A DNA stretch of 64,000 nucleotides from Candidatus Daviesbacteria bacterium. GTDB lineage: Bacteria > Patescibacteriota > Microgenomatia > Daviesbacterales > UBA10151. Positions 9,315 through 19,070 of the stretch are shown here, piece by piece. Below the pieces are notes generated by a model. That model searched no databases and had not been told where the DNA came from. It worked only from the letters and a program-made list of their open reading frames with translations. Position 1 is the first letter of the stretch. Each line of letters starts with the position of its first letter. The stretch spans positions 171,188-235,187 of the forward strand of contig JACPKM010000001.1 of NCBI GenBank assembly GCA_016187025.1, given 5' to 3'. The position numbers were made by a program, and so were the translations under genes.

Positions 9315-11108
9315 ATGAATTTTGCAAATATATTTAAAAAAGGAGCTGCACAAAAAAACGCTGCCGCACCAAATTTTGATTTAAAGGATGTGCTAGCTCC
9401 TGCAGAAATTGAGGTAGATTTTAACGACATAAGAATCAATAACCGCTTTTATAGAACATATTTTGCATCAAATTATCCCCGTTTTGTTGAACCGAACTGG
9501 CTAGAACCCCTGATCTCTTTTGAGCATTCCCTTTTTATATCTATGTTTATCTACCCTTCTGAGTCAAAAGGTATACTTGATGATTTAAAAAGAAAGATCG
9601 GAGAAATGGAGGCTACCATTCAAACCGATCTGGAAAGAGGGCATGTAATTGATCCTGCTGTTGAGGTGGCGCTTGGGGATGCAAGAATTCTCCAGGAGCA
9701 ACTTGTCAAAGGTGTGGAGAGATTTTTCCAATTTGGACTTTACGTTACTGTACCCGCCAGTAGTAAAGATGAGTTAAGAAACACTTCAAAGCTTATTGAA
9801 TCAACCCTTGGTTCTATTTCAATTTCCTCAAACCCCACAACCTTACAAATGGAAGATGGTTTTAAAACTACCCTACCTATTGGGCAAGACTTACTAAATC
9901 TTTCCCATAATATGGACACTACCTCTGTTGCGACCACTTTTCCTTTTGCATCGTCTGAACTAACAGCAAATGAAGGCATTATGTATGGAATAAACCAGCA
10001 CAACGAATCTTTAATTCTTTTTGACAGGTTTTCTCTGGAAAATGCGAATTCAGTAGTGTTCGCCAAGTCTGGCGCGGGCAAGAGCTTTTTTGTAAAACTA
10101 GAGGCCTTACGTTCCTTAATGTTTGGCACAGAAATCTTAATTATCGATCCTGAGCAAGAATACTATCCTTTATGCCAAGCAGTTGGTGGAGAATATTTAA
10201 ACTTTTCAGCCAATTCGCCAATCAAAATCAACCCTTTTGACCTTGCTGGTGAGGTATCGGGAGAAAATAGACAAAGAAGTATATTTTCTGGCGAAAATGA
10301 GCTGGGAAGAAAAATTCTTTCCCTAACAGCCTTTTTAAAACTTGTTATGGGTAGTCTTGATCCTATTGAATCAGCAATTTTGGACAGAGCCCTAAAGCAA
10401 ACTTATGCTTTAAAAGGCATCACAGATGACCCTAAAACCCAAAACAGACAGCCGCCTTTAATGGAGGATTTATATAAAGTTTTAACCGGTATGGAAGAAA
10501 GACCTGCCTTATCGCTGGCTGCAAGACTGGAAAGATTTATTAAGGGATCTTTGGCAGGAATCTTTTCTTCTCACTCTAATTTACAAATTACTAACTCCTT
10601 TACGGTTTTTTCAGTCAGAGATTTAGCAGATCAGCTAAGGCCTTTAGCAATGCATTTGATACTGGAATTCATCTGGACAAAAATTAGGACTAGGTTAAAA
10701 AAAAGGATTCTAATTGTAGATGAGGCCTGGTATATGATGCAGTTTGAAGATTCAGCAAACTTCCTTGTAGACCTTGCAAAGAGAGCGCGCAAGTATTATC
10801 TAGGTGTTACCACCATCACCCAAGATGTTGAAGATTTCTTGGCCGGTGAAAGGGGTAAAGAGATTATCTCAAACTCATCTATACAAGTACTGCTAAAACA
10901 AGCCCCTGCTTCAATGGATCTGCTCTCAAGAGTCTTTCACCTATCAGAAGGCGAACAAAGACTACTATTGTCTGCTGGTATTGGCCAGGGATTGTTTTTT
11001 GCCGGCAATACCCATGTTGCCATGCAGGTGGTTGCGTCACCTGAAGAACACAGACTGGTTACTTCTAATCCTGCTGAGCTGATAATTACAGGGCCACCGC
11101 CTATATAA
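9315..11108 (+). CDS. virB4: VirB4-like T4SS ATPase
   Basis: Walker A AKSGAGKS, IIDPEQEY, INPFD, Walker B ILIVDEAW, KRARKY..TITQDVEDF. Confidence 0.9.
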   Translation: MNFANIFKKGAAQKNAAAPNFDLKDVLAPAEIEVDFNDIRINNRFYRTYFASNYPRFVEPNWLEPLISFEHSLFISMFIYPSESKGILDDLKRKIGEMEATIQTDLERGHVIDPAVEVALGDARILQEQLVKGVERFFQFGLYVTVPASSKDELRNTSKLIESTLGSISISSNPTTLQMEDGFKTTLPIGQDLLNLSHNMDTTSVATTFPFASSELTANEGIMYGINQHNESLILFDRFSLENANSVVFAKSGAGKSFFVKLEALRSLMFGTEILIIDPEQEYYPLCQAVGGEYLNFSANSPIKINPFDLAGEVSGENRQRSIFSGENELGRKILSLTAFLKLVMGSLDPIESAILDRALKQTYALKGITDDPKTQNRQPPLMEDLYKVLTGMEERPALSLAARLERFIKGSLAGIFSSHSNLQITNSFTVFSVRDLADQLRPLAMHLILEFIWTKIRTRLKKRILIVDEAWYMMQFEDSANFLVDLAKRARKYYLGVTTITQDVEDFLAGERGKEIISNSSIQVLLKQAPASMDLLSRVFHLSEGEQRLLLSAGIGQGLFFAGNTHVAMQVVASPEEHRLVTSNPAELIITGPPPI

Positions 11109-11116
11109 ATTGTAAA

Positions 11117-12952
11117 ATGGACAAAGCGTTTTTAATTGCAGCATTACAGGCAAAGATCAAAAGGCCCTTTAGACAAAGTTACGGAGGAAAACCATATAAT
11201 GAAATCTTTGAGCAGCTCAGAGCTGATAAGACATTTGCCGGTGTTAGCAGAAACAATCCCGATGATATCAGCCTAGCAGAAAATATTCTCGGCATATTAC
11301 TCACTTCTGAGACAAAAAGGTCTGCTCAGCCCCAAGACGAACCTGCGGAGGAAAAACAGAAAAAAGAGAAAAAAGCAGAATGGAGACCTAAGCTAGACTC
11401 ACCCAGTCAAACCAAAAACACCACCCCAGAACCTGAAGCATTTAGTATACCCTTGCCTATTTCAAGCTTTACAAAAACAGTTTTAAGTAAAACTTTAATA
11501 TTTATCAGAAAATCAGTGGGTAAATACATCAGTCTTTCCGGATTTGTTTCCTCAATAGAAAAACTTGTTTATCCAAACACCTCCGGTTTATCAGAACATA
11601 GAGACTATAGTTTGGGACCTGGGTCAAATATACCTAACAGAAATGGTTTTTCGCTTTTTTCAACAGGTGGTTTTAATTTTTTCAAAGGACGGGCATTGAT
11701 AATTTTTTTTATCATTCTTTTTATCATTTTACTAATCGGCATGCTCTCCGGACCAATTACTACACCCAGTAACACTCCGTCTGATATAACCTCAGGAAAT
11801 ATAAATACCTGTCAATTTACCAGAAGTGATCAAAATCCAAAGGAAGCATCTTTTAAAAGTCCCCTGCTTTTGGGCTATATCGAGGAAGCATCTAGGCTTA
11901 CCGGGATACCCCTGGTTGTTTTAGCAGGTTTTATACGAGTAGAATCACCTTCCTCAGTTAATTTTACTGATGAGCAAACAAGAAGCTACAAATGCGCTAT
12001 CAGTCCCACAGGAGCCTTAGGAATAATGCAAATACAACCTGCAGGCACAAGAGGCCATGATGCACCGGCAGTAACAAATGGTGCGGATTTTTTAGGATTG
12101 GATTATCAAACCTTAACGCAAGAAGATTATTGTGACGTAAGGAAAAATATTATTTTAGGAGCTGGGTTTATTTTAAAAAAGATGAGTTATTTAAAATTTG
12201 GAGACGGTACCAAATGGGATCCAAGCTGGACCAGAAACCAAAATGCCATCTATGCACTGGCAGAAAGCTATTATGGGTGTTTAAACTATGGGGGGTCTAA
12301 TCCTTTAAAATGCGATGGGCCATATAACTACGGACAAGATGTCTGGTCCAGTGTTTTAAGTTGTCAGCAAGGAGCTCCTCCTTCCTCAGCAGGTTTTACT
12401 AACCCTGAAGGGTTTGTCTATTATTGCCAGGGTGATCCAAGATGGGATAATAAATCTGGTTGCGGAATAGGTCAGATTGGATGCGGACCAACCTCGCTTG
12501 CAATGGTATTTAGTAGCCTAGGAAAGGCTGTAACCCCAGACCAGATGTATCAAACATTCTCGTCACAAAACAGGATTAACTGCGCTGTAGGTAGCTATAT
12601 GGAAACTATCCTCCAAGACAGGGCCTGGATGAGGGATCAAGGGTTTGAAGTAGGCCCAAGGGTGGTTGCAAATGGAAATCTTGATTTACCCAGAGCCAAG
12701 CAATACTTGGCAGAAGGCTATTTAATTGTTGGTTCTTCCCAAACTTTTCCCAGTTATATATCCAACAGGACTTTCCCTCATATATTTGTGGTTAATGGGG
12801 TAAATATAGAAGATAAAACCTTTAGTATCCGAGACCCGGCAAACTGCGACTACTCAACAGGAGTAGAGGTTGTTAGCAGGCAAATTAAACCGGCAAATGG
12901 TATAGGAGGGTTAAATTGGGCCTATGCTTACCCAATTAAAAGGATAAGATAA
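11117..12952 (+). CDS. Membrane-anchored peptidoglycan hydrolase: lytic transglycosylase plus C39-like peptidase
   Basis: One TM; SLT motifs IRVES, GALGIMQI, NIILGA; then YYCQGDPRW, GCGPTSLAMV, HIFVV, IRDP (Cys-His-Asp). Confidence 0.75.
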   Translation: MDKAFLIAALQAKIKRPFRQSYGGKPYNEIFEQLRADKTFAGVSRNNPDDISLAENILGILLTSETKRSAQPQDEPAEEKQKKEKKAEWRPKLDSPSQTKNTTPEPEAFSIPLPISSFTKTVLSKTLIFIRKSVGKYISLSGFVSSIEKLVYPNTSGLSEHRDYSLGPGSNIPNRNGFSLFSTGGFNFFKGRALIIFFIILFIILLIGMLSGPITTPSNTPSDITSGNINTCQFTRSDQNPKEASFKSPLLLGYIEEASRLTGIPLVVLAGFIRVESPSSVNFTDEQTRSYKCAISPTGALGIMQIQPAGTRGHDAPAVTNGADFLGLDYQTLTQEDYCDVRKNIILGAGFILKKMSYLKFGDGTKWDPSWTRNQNAIYALAESYYGCLNYGGSNPLKCDGPYNYGQDVWSSVLSCQQGAPPSSAGFTNPEGFVYYCQGDPRWDNKSGCGIGQIGCGPTSLAMVFSSLGKAVTPDQMYQTFSSQNRINCAVGSYMETILQDRAWMRDQGFEVGPRVVANGNLDLPRAKQYLAEGYLIVGSSQTFPSYISNRTFPHIFVVNGVNIEDKTFSIRDPANCDYSTGVEVVSRQIKPANGIGGLNWAYAYPIKRIR

Positions 12953-12956
12953 AAAT

Positions 12957-13412
12957 ATGAGCTTTATTAAAAACAATCTGGGTTTAATTTTTTTTGCTAT
13001 AGCAATACTTACTGTCATCATTGTTGCTTCTGTATATTTGATACTAAAACCCTCCTCGCAACCCACACCCTCTCCTGTTGTAATATTTTCCCCTTCTCCC
13101 AAGCCTAACCTGGAGCAAAAAGTATTCGCCGGAGAACCTGATCCAAACAGAAGCTATCAGGTAATCACCGAGCAAAATAAACAGCAAGGAGAACAGGATT
13201 ATTTGGTGGGGGTTCTTGCTGATAAACTGCCCTTTCAAGGAGTCAACTTCAGCCTGCTTTACAATATTTCTAACAATCAGTTTGTGGTAGTCTTTAACAG
13301 CAGCAATAAAAGCGTGGCTGAGCAAGAGTTTAACCGGTTTTTAGAACAAAACGGCATTAAAGACCAGGGATGGCTGTATAATTTATATATAACAGAACAA
13401 CCGTATGAGTAA
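12957..13412 (+). CDS. Membrane-anchored hypothetical protein
   Basis: N-terminal TM, Pro/Ser linker; operon with T4SS genes. Confidence 0.65.
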   Translation: MSFIKNNLGLIFFAIAILTVIIVASVYLILKPSSQPTPSPVVIFSPSPKPNLEQKVFAGEPDPNRSYQVITEQNKQQGEQDYLVGVLADKLPFQGVNFSLLYNISNNQFVVVFNSSNKSVAEQEFNRFLEQNGIKDQGWLYNLYITEQPYE

Positions 13413-13860
13413 GGGCAAAATAATTTTTCTGAGCACTATTATTTTAATTCTTCTTTTTTTAGCTGGATTTTTCCTTTCTAATAATAAAGATGGCGATGGC
13501 GATGGTAACATAGACACATCATCACAGGCAGTAGTTGACGATTCAAAACCAAGAGTAGTCTCAGTTCAACCTACCCAACAAGAGGCTCCTTTTATCACCC
13601 AAAACCAGGTGATTACGGTTACTTTTAATATGCCGGTCGAAAATACAGGTGAGTTTAAACATAAAATAGAGCCAGAGCTAAAATACCGGCTGGAGCCTTC
13701 TGCAGACAGAAAAGTAATAAAAATTACACCTGAGGAGCCTTATTTACTAGGAACCGAATATACCTTATTTATCAAGCCGGAAACCAAGTTTGATGGCAAG
13801 AAAACATTAAACGAAGAAAAAATATACCATTTTAAAACTATCCAATACCGCGGGGTCTAA
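13405..13860 (+). CDS. Membrane-anchored Ig-like (Big_5-type) domain protein
   Basis: N-terminal TM; PRVVSVQP..ITVTFNMPV..ITP..GTEYTLFI..FKT pattern. Confidence 0.7.
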   Translation: MSKGKIIFLSTIILILLFLAGFFLSNNKDGDGDGNIDTSSQAVVDDSKPRVVSVQPTQQEAPFITQNQVITVTFNMPVENTGEFKHKIEPELKYRLEPSADRKVIKITPEEPYLLGTEYTLFIKPETKFDGKKTLNEEKIYHFKTIQYRGV

Positions 13861-13877
13861 TCCTCCATCTGCTGCGT

Positions 13878-14978
13878 TCAACTTAATCTTACAGGCATAA
13901 TTATATATTGCAATCCCTGCTCTCCAATGGGCTTTATCAAAGCCGCCGACAGCTGTCCTGATAGCTCAATCATTACTTGACTTGTAGGCGAGGCAGCAAC
14001 TGCATCTTGTAAAAACTTGGCATTAAAAGCAACTTGTAAATCTTCTCCCTCGATTTGCCCTTCTACCTCATTTTGCTGGCTACCTAACTCTTTTGCGGAA
14101 GACTCTAAAACAAGCTTACCTTCTGACACCTTAAACACAATAATATTTGCCTCACTTCTGGCAAACACTGAAGCCAGCTTTACCGCTTTTAAAATCTGGT
14201 CTTTATCAACTACTGCCCGGGTTATCAGCTGTGTGGGAATAATTTTTTCCCAAGAAGGAAATTGTCCTTCTATTAAACGGGAGGAAACTATTGTCTGGCC
14301 AATAGAAAATATAATCTGGTTTTGATTTACAGAGGTTGCAATACTTATTTGCTCTGCAGCTTCTTCTGAAATCACCCTTAAAACCTCTTCAAAGGTTTTT
14401 TTGGGAATTAAACTTTTAAACTCTTTGGTATTTTCTGGCAGACTCACTTGTCTGTGCGCCAACCTGAACCCATCGGTTGCCACAAGGTCAAGCTTATCTT
14501 TAGATGCATGAGTTAAGATTCCCGTTAAAACAGGCCGTCCTTCATCAACCGCTGCTGAAAAAAGAATTTGCGAGCAAGACACTAAGACGTCTTTTTTAAA
14601 CACTATCCCTTCACTGCCTGGCAGGGGAATCGCAGGAAACTCAGAAGCTGAAATGCCATTTACCGTAGCTTTAAACTTACCGCTAGTTATTTCTAAAACA
14701 TCACCCCTTGATTCAAGCTCAACTTTAGAAGAACCTATTCCCGAGATAAGCTCAACGATTGTTTTTGCTGGAACAGTTATTTCTCCTTCTTCTAAAATAT
14801 CTGCAGGGATTTGTTTTATTACTCCAATTTCTAGATTTGTCCCTGCAATTTTAATTTTCTTATCTTGAGCTGATAAGAAAATATTATCTAAAACAGGCAG
14901 CGTTGATTTGACTCCTACAGATCTTGAGACTGCTGATAATGGAGGCAGTAAGTCTTGTTGTAATACTGATAGCTTCAC
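13878..14978 (-). CDS. dnaN: DNA polymerase III beta clamp
   Basis: TNLEIG, RPVLTG, VATDGFRLA, SRLIEGQFP, AFNAKFL, YIIMPVR. Confidence 0.97.
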   Translation of the reverse strand: MKLSVLQQDLLPPLSAVSRSVGVKSTLPVLDNIFLSAQDKKIKIAGTNLEIGVIKQIPADILEEGEITVPAKTIVELISGIGSSKVELESRGDVLEITSGKFKATVNGISASEFPAIPLPGSEGIVFKKDVLVSCSQILFSAAVDEGRPVLTGILTHASKDKLDLVATDGFRLAHRQVSLPENTKEFKSLIPKKTFEEVLRVISEEAAEQISIATSVNQNQIIFSIGQTIVSSRLIEGQFPSWEKIIPTQLITRAVVDKDQILKAVKLASVFARSEANIIVFKVSEGKLVLESSAKELGSQQNEVEGQIEGEDLQVAFNAKFLQDAVAASPTSQVMIELSGQLSAALIKPIGEQGLQYIIMPVRLS

Positions 14979-14983
14979 TAAAA

Positions 14984-15433
14984 TTACTCCTTCCGGGCAG
15001 ATACAAAGCGGTTGATCTCCTCTTCGGTCACCTTAATCAACCGGAAATGAATCTTTCCTTGTGTAATGAGGTTTTTAATATGTTTTTCCTCATCAGTCAA
15101 GATGTAATTAATCCCAGACTTCACTTCAATAAAGTCGATACGCTCATTATTTTTAATACCAATAAAATCAATTGGCCACCCTAAGGGCACTATCCTGTCA
15201 TAATCATACCTTAGCTCAGCATATGTCAAAAGCTCTGCCATTTTTCCTTTTTGTGGGTTTATAGAGCCTTGAATGGTTTGTAAAACCCTAGCAGGCAAGT
15301 CCTGAACTCCCTTGTATAAATCTATTAAATCTGTAGGGATATCTTGGGCTTTTTTTGAATGAAGTCTTCCTAATAAATAAGCTACTGCTAAAAAAAGTAT
15401 AAATAATCCTGCCAGAACCAAATTCTTTTCCAT
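14984..15433 (-). CDS. Membrane-anchored PD-(D/E)XK endonuclease (Endonuc_Holl-like)
   Basis: N-terminal TM; KGKMAE..GWPIDFIG..IDFIEVKSG..LTDEEKHIK. Confidence 0.7.
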   Translation of the reverse strand: MEKNLVLAGLFILFLAVAYLLGRLHSKKAQDIPTDLIDLYKGVQDLPARVLQTIQGSINPQKGKMAELLTYAELRYDYDRIVPLGWPIDFIGIKNNERIDFIEVKSGINYILTDEEKHIKNLITQGKIHFRLIKVTEEEINRFVSARKE

Positions 15434-15469
15434 AAGTTTTCAACTTATAAATTAGATTATACCTTACTT

Positions 15470-15613
15470 TTTAATACAGTAGTGTTATTAATATAGTCTG
15501 TGGATATGTTAATAACAACTTTTTTCAGGTTCACCTTTCACCTTTTTTTCGTGTTAACGGCTTGTTGAGAAATTGTGGATAACTGGTGGAAAAAGTGGAT
15601 AACTGGTGGAAAA
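15470..15613. other. Replication origin oriC (dnaA-dnaN side)
   Basis: TGTGGATAA 15574-15582, TGTGGATAT 15499-15507, TGTTAATAA 15507-15515, AGTGGATAA in a 19-bp repeat GTGGATAACTGGTGGAAAA (15575, 15595); AT-rich flank toward dnaN. Confidence 0.8.
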
Positions 15614-15616
15614 GTC

Positions 15617-16930
15617 TTAAATCAACCTTTGCTTGATCTCGCCAATAACCCTTTGTATCTCCTTGTCACGAGAAAGCAGGGTTTTAATTTTGTCCCGGCC
15701 ATGCATAATAGTGGTGTGGTCCCTGCCTCCCAGCATCTGTCCCACTCTTTCTACAGTTATATTTAGTTCTTCGCAAAGAAGGTACATAGTAAGATGCCTT
15801 GGTAACACAAGCCCCTTTTGTCTTTTTGGACCAGTCAGATCTTTTTGGGAGATATCAAAATACTCGCAGATGGTTGTAAAAACCCTTTTTTGGTCGAAGC
15901 GGGTAATTCTTTGAGTTGAATCCTGTAAAAACGGACTAACATTTTGGATAGTTGGTGCCAGGTTTTGAGCGTGTAGCGCCTGAAGGATTTGAACCAATTT
16001 TCCCTCCAGCTCCCTGATATTAACATCTAAAGAAGAAGCCAGTTGCTTTAATACTTCCTCGGGTAACTCTTCATCTTTCTCTGCGCATTTAGCGCGCAAA
16101 ATCGCCACTCTGGTATCAAAATCCGGAGGTTGGATATCCAGCATCAACCCGCCGGCAAACCTGGATTTTAGACGATCTTCCAGTTTAACTATCTCGTGGG
16201 GAGTCCGGTCTGATGTTAAAACCATTTGAGCGTTTTTCCCCTGCAGCTCATTAAATGTATGGAAAAATTCTTCCTGAGTCCCTTCTCTGCCGGAAAAAAA
16301 TTGAATATCATCGATCAGCAAAAGGTCAATTGAACGGTATTTGTTCCTTAGCTCCCCCATTTTGTGTTGCTGGATTGCAGAGACGTAGTCATTCATAAAT
16401 TTTTCTGAGGAACAATAAATAACCTTTAAACGAGGCTTATTTTTTAAAAGAGCATGACCTATCCCAAGCATTAAATGTGTTTTCCCGACACCTGTTCCCC
16501 CATAAAGAAACAGGGGGTTATATGAGATGCCGGGGTTTTGTACCACTGCCTGGGCTGCAGCAAAAGCGACATTGTTTGATGGTCCAACCACAAAGTTTTC
16601 TAAAGTATATTTAGGATTTAATTGAAAAGCTGGGGCGGCAGGGGGCTGAAAAAAAACCTCTTCTGTAACTTCGGGCTTAGCTAAGTTTTCTTTGACCACA
16701 AATTCTACAACAACCTTTTTATTCAACATTCCTTCAAAGGTGGATTCAATTAAGGGTTTATGCCTTTGATTTAAAGTTTCTTTAATAAAGGCATTAGGGG
16801 TGGAAAGGATCACTTTATCTTCAGTGACCTCTTTTAAGCTGGTTTTTAAAAACCATGCCTTTAAATTGGCGCTGCTAACTTGAGGCTTAATAGTTTCCAG
16901 AAATCTATGCCAGAGCTTTAAATTATCCAT
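15617..16930 (-). CDS. dnaA: Chromosomal replication initiator DnaA
   Basis: YNPLFLYGGTGVGKTHL, LLIDDIQF, QEEFFHTFN, RELEG, GGRDHTT. Confidence 0.98.
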   Translation of the reverse strand: MDNLKLWHRFLETIKPQVSSANLKAWFLKTSLKEVTEDKVILSTPNAFIKETLNQRHKPLIESTFEGMLNKKVVVEFVVKENLAKPEVTEEVFFQPPAAPAFQLNPKYTLENFVVGPSNNVAFAAAQAVVQNPGISYNPLFLYGGTGVGKTHLMLGIGHALLKNKPRLKVIYCSSEKFMNDYVSAIQQHKMGELRNKYRSIDLLLIDDIQFFSGREGTQEEFFHTFNELQGKNAQMVLTSDRTPHEIVKLEDRLKSRFAGGLMLDIQPPDFDTRVAILRAKCAEKDEELPEEVLKQLASSLDVNIRELEGKLVQILQALHAQNLAPTIQNVSPFLQDSTQRITRFDQKRVFTTICEYFDISQKDLTGPKRQKGLVLPRHLTMYLLCEELNITVERVGQMLGGRDHTTIMHGRDKIKTLLSRDKEIQRVIGEIKQRLI

Positions 16931-16943
16931 ATAGTAAATTTAT

Positions 16944-16972
16944 TGTGGATAAGTCCACAAGAGTTATCCACA
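16944..16972. promoter_or_regulatory. Two perfect DnaA boxes upstream of dnaA
   Basis: TGTGGATAA 16944-16952 and TTATCCACA 16964-16972. Confidence 0.85.
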
Positions 16973-17086
16973 AAATAGTCTACACCTCCTTTTTTAGCAA
17001 GGTAGAGAAACTATTAAAAACTAGATCAATTTCTTAAACCAGGACCTTGCTATACAAAGATAGAATTTTCTGTTAATATTTATCTT

Positions 17087-17224
17087 ATGCCAAAAAGGAC
17101 ATATCAACCCAAAGCAATTAAAAGAGTCAGAAAACATGGTTTTAGAGCCCGGATGCAAACCAAGGATGGTGCTAAAGTACTAAAACGCAGAAGAGCTGTG
17201 GGACGAAAGAGTTTAACTGTTTAA
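17087..17224 (+). CDS. rpmH: 50S ribosomal protein L34 (below ORF-track cutoff)
   Basis: Manual translation [45 protein letters not shown]; divergent from dnaA. Confidence 0.95.
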   Translation: MPKRTYQPKAIKRVRKHGFRARMQTKDGAKVLKRRRAVGRKSLTV

Positions 17225-17586
17225 TGCTTCCTAAACAAAAAAGATTAAACCTCAAAAAAGATTTTAAATGGGTGGCAGAAGGAAAATCTGCTAGCAGTAA
17301 GAGCTTTAAATTATTTTACAGAGCTGGTGAGAATAGATTACCAAGGATTGGCATTGCCCTTTCTACTAAATATTTTAAAAAAGCCCATGATAGAAACAGG
17401 GCAAAAAGGTTGATGTCCCAAGCGTTTTGTGATACAAATCACAAACTACAAAATAATCTAAATATTGTAGCCCTTCCCAACTGGAGGGTGTTTGAGGTAA
17501 AATCTGATAGTTTAAAAAAAGAGTTAGAAGGTTTACTTGGAAAAGAAGGGTTGATAAATGAAAAAGATAACGCTGGTGCTAATTGA
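17224..17586 (+). CDS. rnpA: Ribonuclease P protein component
   Basis: [26 protein letters not shown] (RNR motif); synteny. Confidence 0.93.
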   Translation: MLPKQKRLNLKKDFKWVAEGKSASSKSFKLFYRAGENRLPRIGIALSTKYFKKAHDRNRAKRLMSQAFCDTNHKLQNNLNIVALPNWRVFEVKSDSLKKELEGLLGKEGLINEKDNAGAN

Positions 17587-17758
17587 TTTTTATAGAATCT
17601 TTTTGTCTTTTGACAGGGGTATTTTGTCTTTACTTGCTCCAGGCGGCGCGTGCAAATATGCCCCGACCTGCTCACTTTATACAAAACAAATGATTGAAAA
17701 ATATGGTGTGTTGAATGGAGTAATAAAGGGGCTAAAAAGAATATTAAGCTGCAGATGA
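17558..17758 (+). CDS. yidD: Membrane protein insertion efficiency factor
   Basis: CKYAPTCSLY..GVLNG..RILSC; synteny. Confidence 0.9.
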   Translation: MKKITLVLIDFYRIFLSFDRGILSLLAPGGACKYAPTCSLYTKQMIEKYGVLNGVIKGLKRILSCR

Positions 17759-18621
17759 ATATAGGAGATTTATTTAACTTAATATTTATGGGGCCAATCA
17801 TAAACGTGTTGGCTTTTGTCCTTAACGCCCTTAACTCAATAGGTCTACCAGGGGCTTTGGGATTTTCCTTGATTTTACTGACTGTTTTGATCAGGTTGCT
17901 GGCCTGGCCTTTAATGACTACCCAGTTAAAATCCGCCAAAAAAATGGCTGATTTGAAACCTCATTTAGATGAGCTTAAGAAAAAACATTCTGATAAACAG
18001 GAGTTGGCCAGGGCACAGATGGTTTTGTACAAGGAACATGGAGTAAATCCGGCAGCCGGATGTTTACCTGCCCTTCTTCAGGTTCCGGTATTTTTGGCCC
18101 TTTATCAGGTAATTATTAATGTGTTACCAGGCAAAGAAGGAAGCATCGATTTTCTAAATTCTTTACTCTATCTTCCAACACTAAAATTTCCAGCAAATAT
18201 TGATGTGAACTTTTTTGGTTTAAACTTAGGCGCTAAACCAGCAGAATTTGCAAGTTACGGGTGGTATTTACTGGCCGTACCTGCAGTTACAGCCTTGCTT
18301 ACTTTTATTCAGTCAAAAATGACGTTGGTAAAACCTGTTAAACATTATCCTTCTGACTCGCCAAAAGAAGCAAAAGAAAAGGAAGGTTTAGAAGAAAGCA
18401 TGGCTCAAATGCAGTCACAGATGGTGTTTTTAATGCCAATTATGATCGGTTATTTCGCCTTTACTTTTCCCATAGGACTTGCAATTTATTGGAATACGTA
18501 TACAATACTTGGAATATTGCAGCAATATTTGGTGTCTGGTTGGGGTGGAATGAGCGATATTATGAAAAGACTAGGAGTACCAGAAGTCCAGCTTGCAAAA
18601 AGTAAGAAAAATAAAAAATGA
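17755..18621 (+). CDS. yidC: Membrane protein insertase YidC/Oxa1
   Basis: LTVLIRL, LYKEHGVNPAAGCLPALLQVP, GLAIYW. Confidence 0.93.
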   Translation: MNIGDLFNLIFMGPIINVLAFVLNALNSIGLPGALGFSLILLTVLIRLLAWPLMTTQLKSAKKMADLKPHLDELKKKHSDKQELARAQMVLYKEHGVNPAAGCLPALLQVPVFLALYQVIINVLPGKEGSIDFLNSLLYLPTLKFPANIDVNFFGLNLGAKPAEFASYGWYLLAVPAVTALLTFIQSKMTLVKPVKHYPSDSPKEAKEKEGLEESMAQMQSQMVFLMPIMIGYFAFTFPIGLAIYWNTYTILGILQQYLVSGWGGMSDIMKRLGVPEVQLAKSKKNKK

Positions 18622-19070
18622 CACAAGAACAATTAAGCGAAATACTGGATAATATATTAGGACTTCTTCTGCTGGAGGGAAGTTATGAGTTAGAAGAGTC
18701 TGAAGAGGGTTTTCATGTGTTTATTCAAACAAAAGATGCAGGAAGGATTATTGGCTATAGAGGAGAAGCTTTGCAATCCCTTCAGCTGATAGTTAGCCAG
18801 ATTGCTACGCAAAAATCAAAAGAATTTAAAAGGGTCATTGTTGATGTAGAAGGATGGAGAAAAAACAAAGAAGGAGACTTGGCAAAAAGAGCTGAGGAAT
18901 GGGCAAGCCAGGTTAAGGAGTCCCAGAAACCGATGGAGCTTGAGCCGATGCCTTCTTGGCAAAGAAGAGCAGTTCATTTAAAGATTCAAGAAATGCAAGG
19001 TGTAGAATCAGAGAGTGTAGGTGAGGGCTCAGAAAGACACTTAGTTATTAAACCTGCCAAAAGCGATTAA
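18618..19070 (+). CDS. jag: Jag/KhpB-type KH + R3H RNA-binding protein
   Basis: IIGYRGEALQSLQ (KH), LEPMPSWQRRAVH..SESVGEGSERH (R3H). Confidence 0.88.
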   Translation: MTQEQLSEILDNILGLLLLEGSYELEESEEGFHVFIQTKDAGRIIGYRGEALQSLQLIVSQIATQKSKEFKRVIVDVEGWRKNKEGDLAKRAEEWASQVKESQKPMELEPMPSWQRRAVHLKIQEMQGVESESVGEGSERHLVIKPAKSD

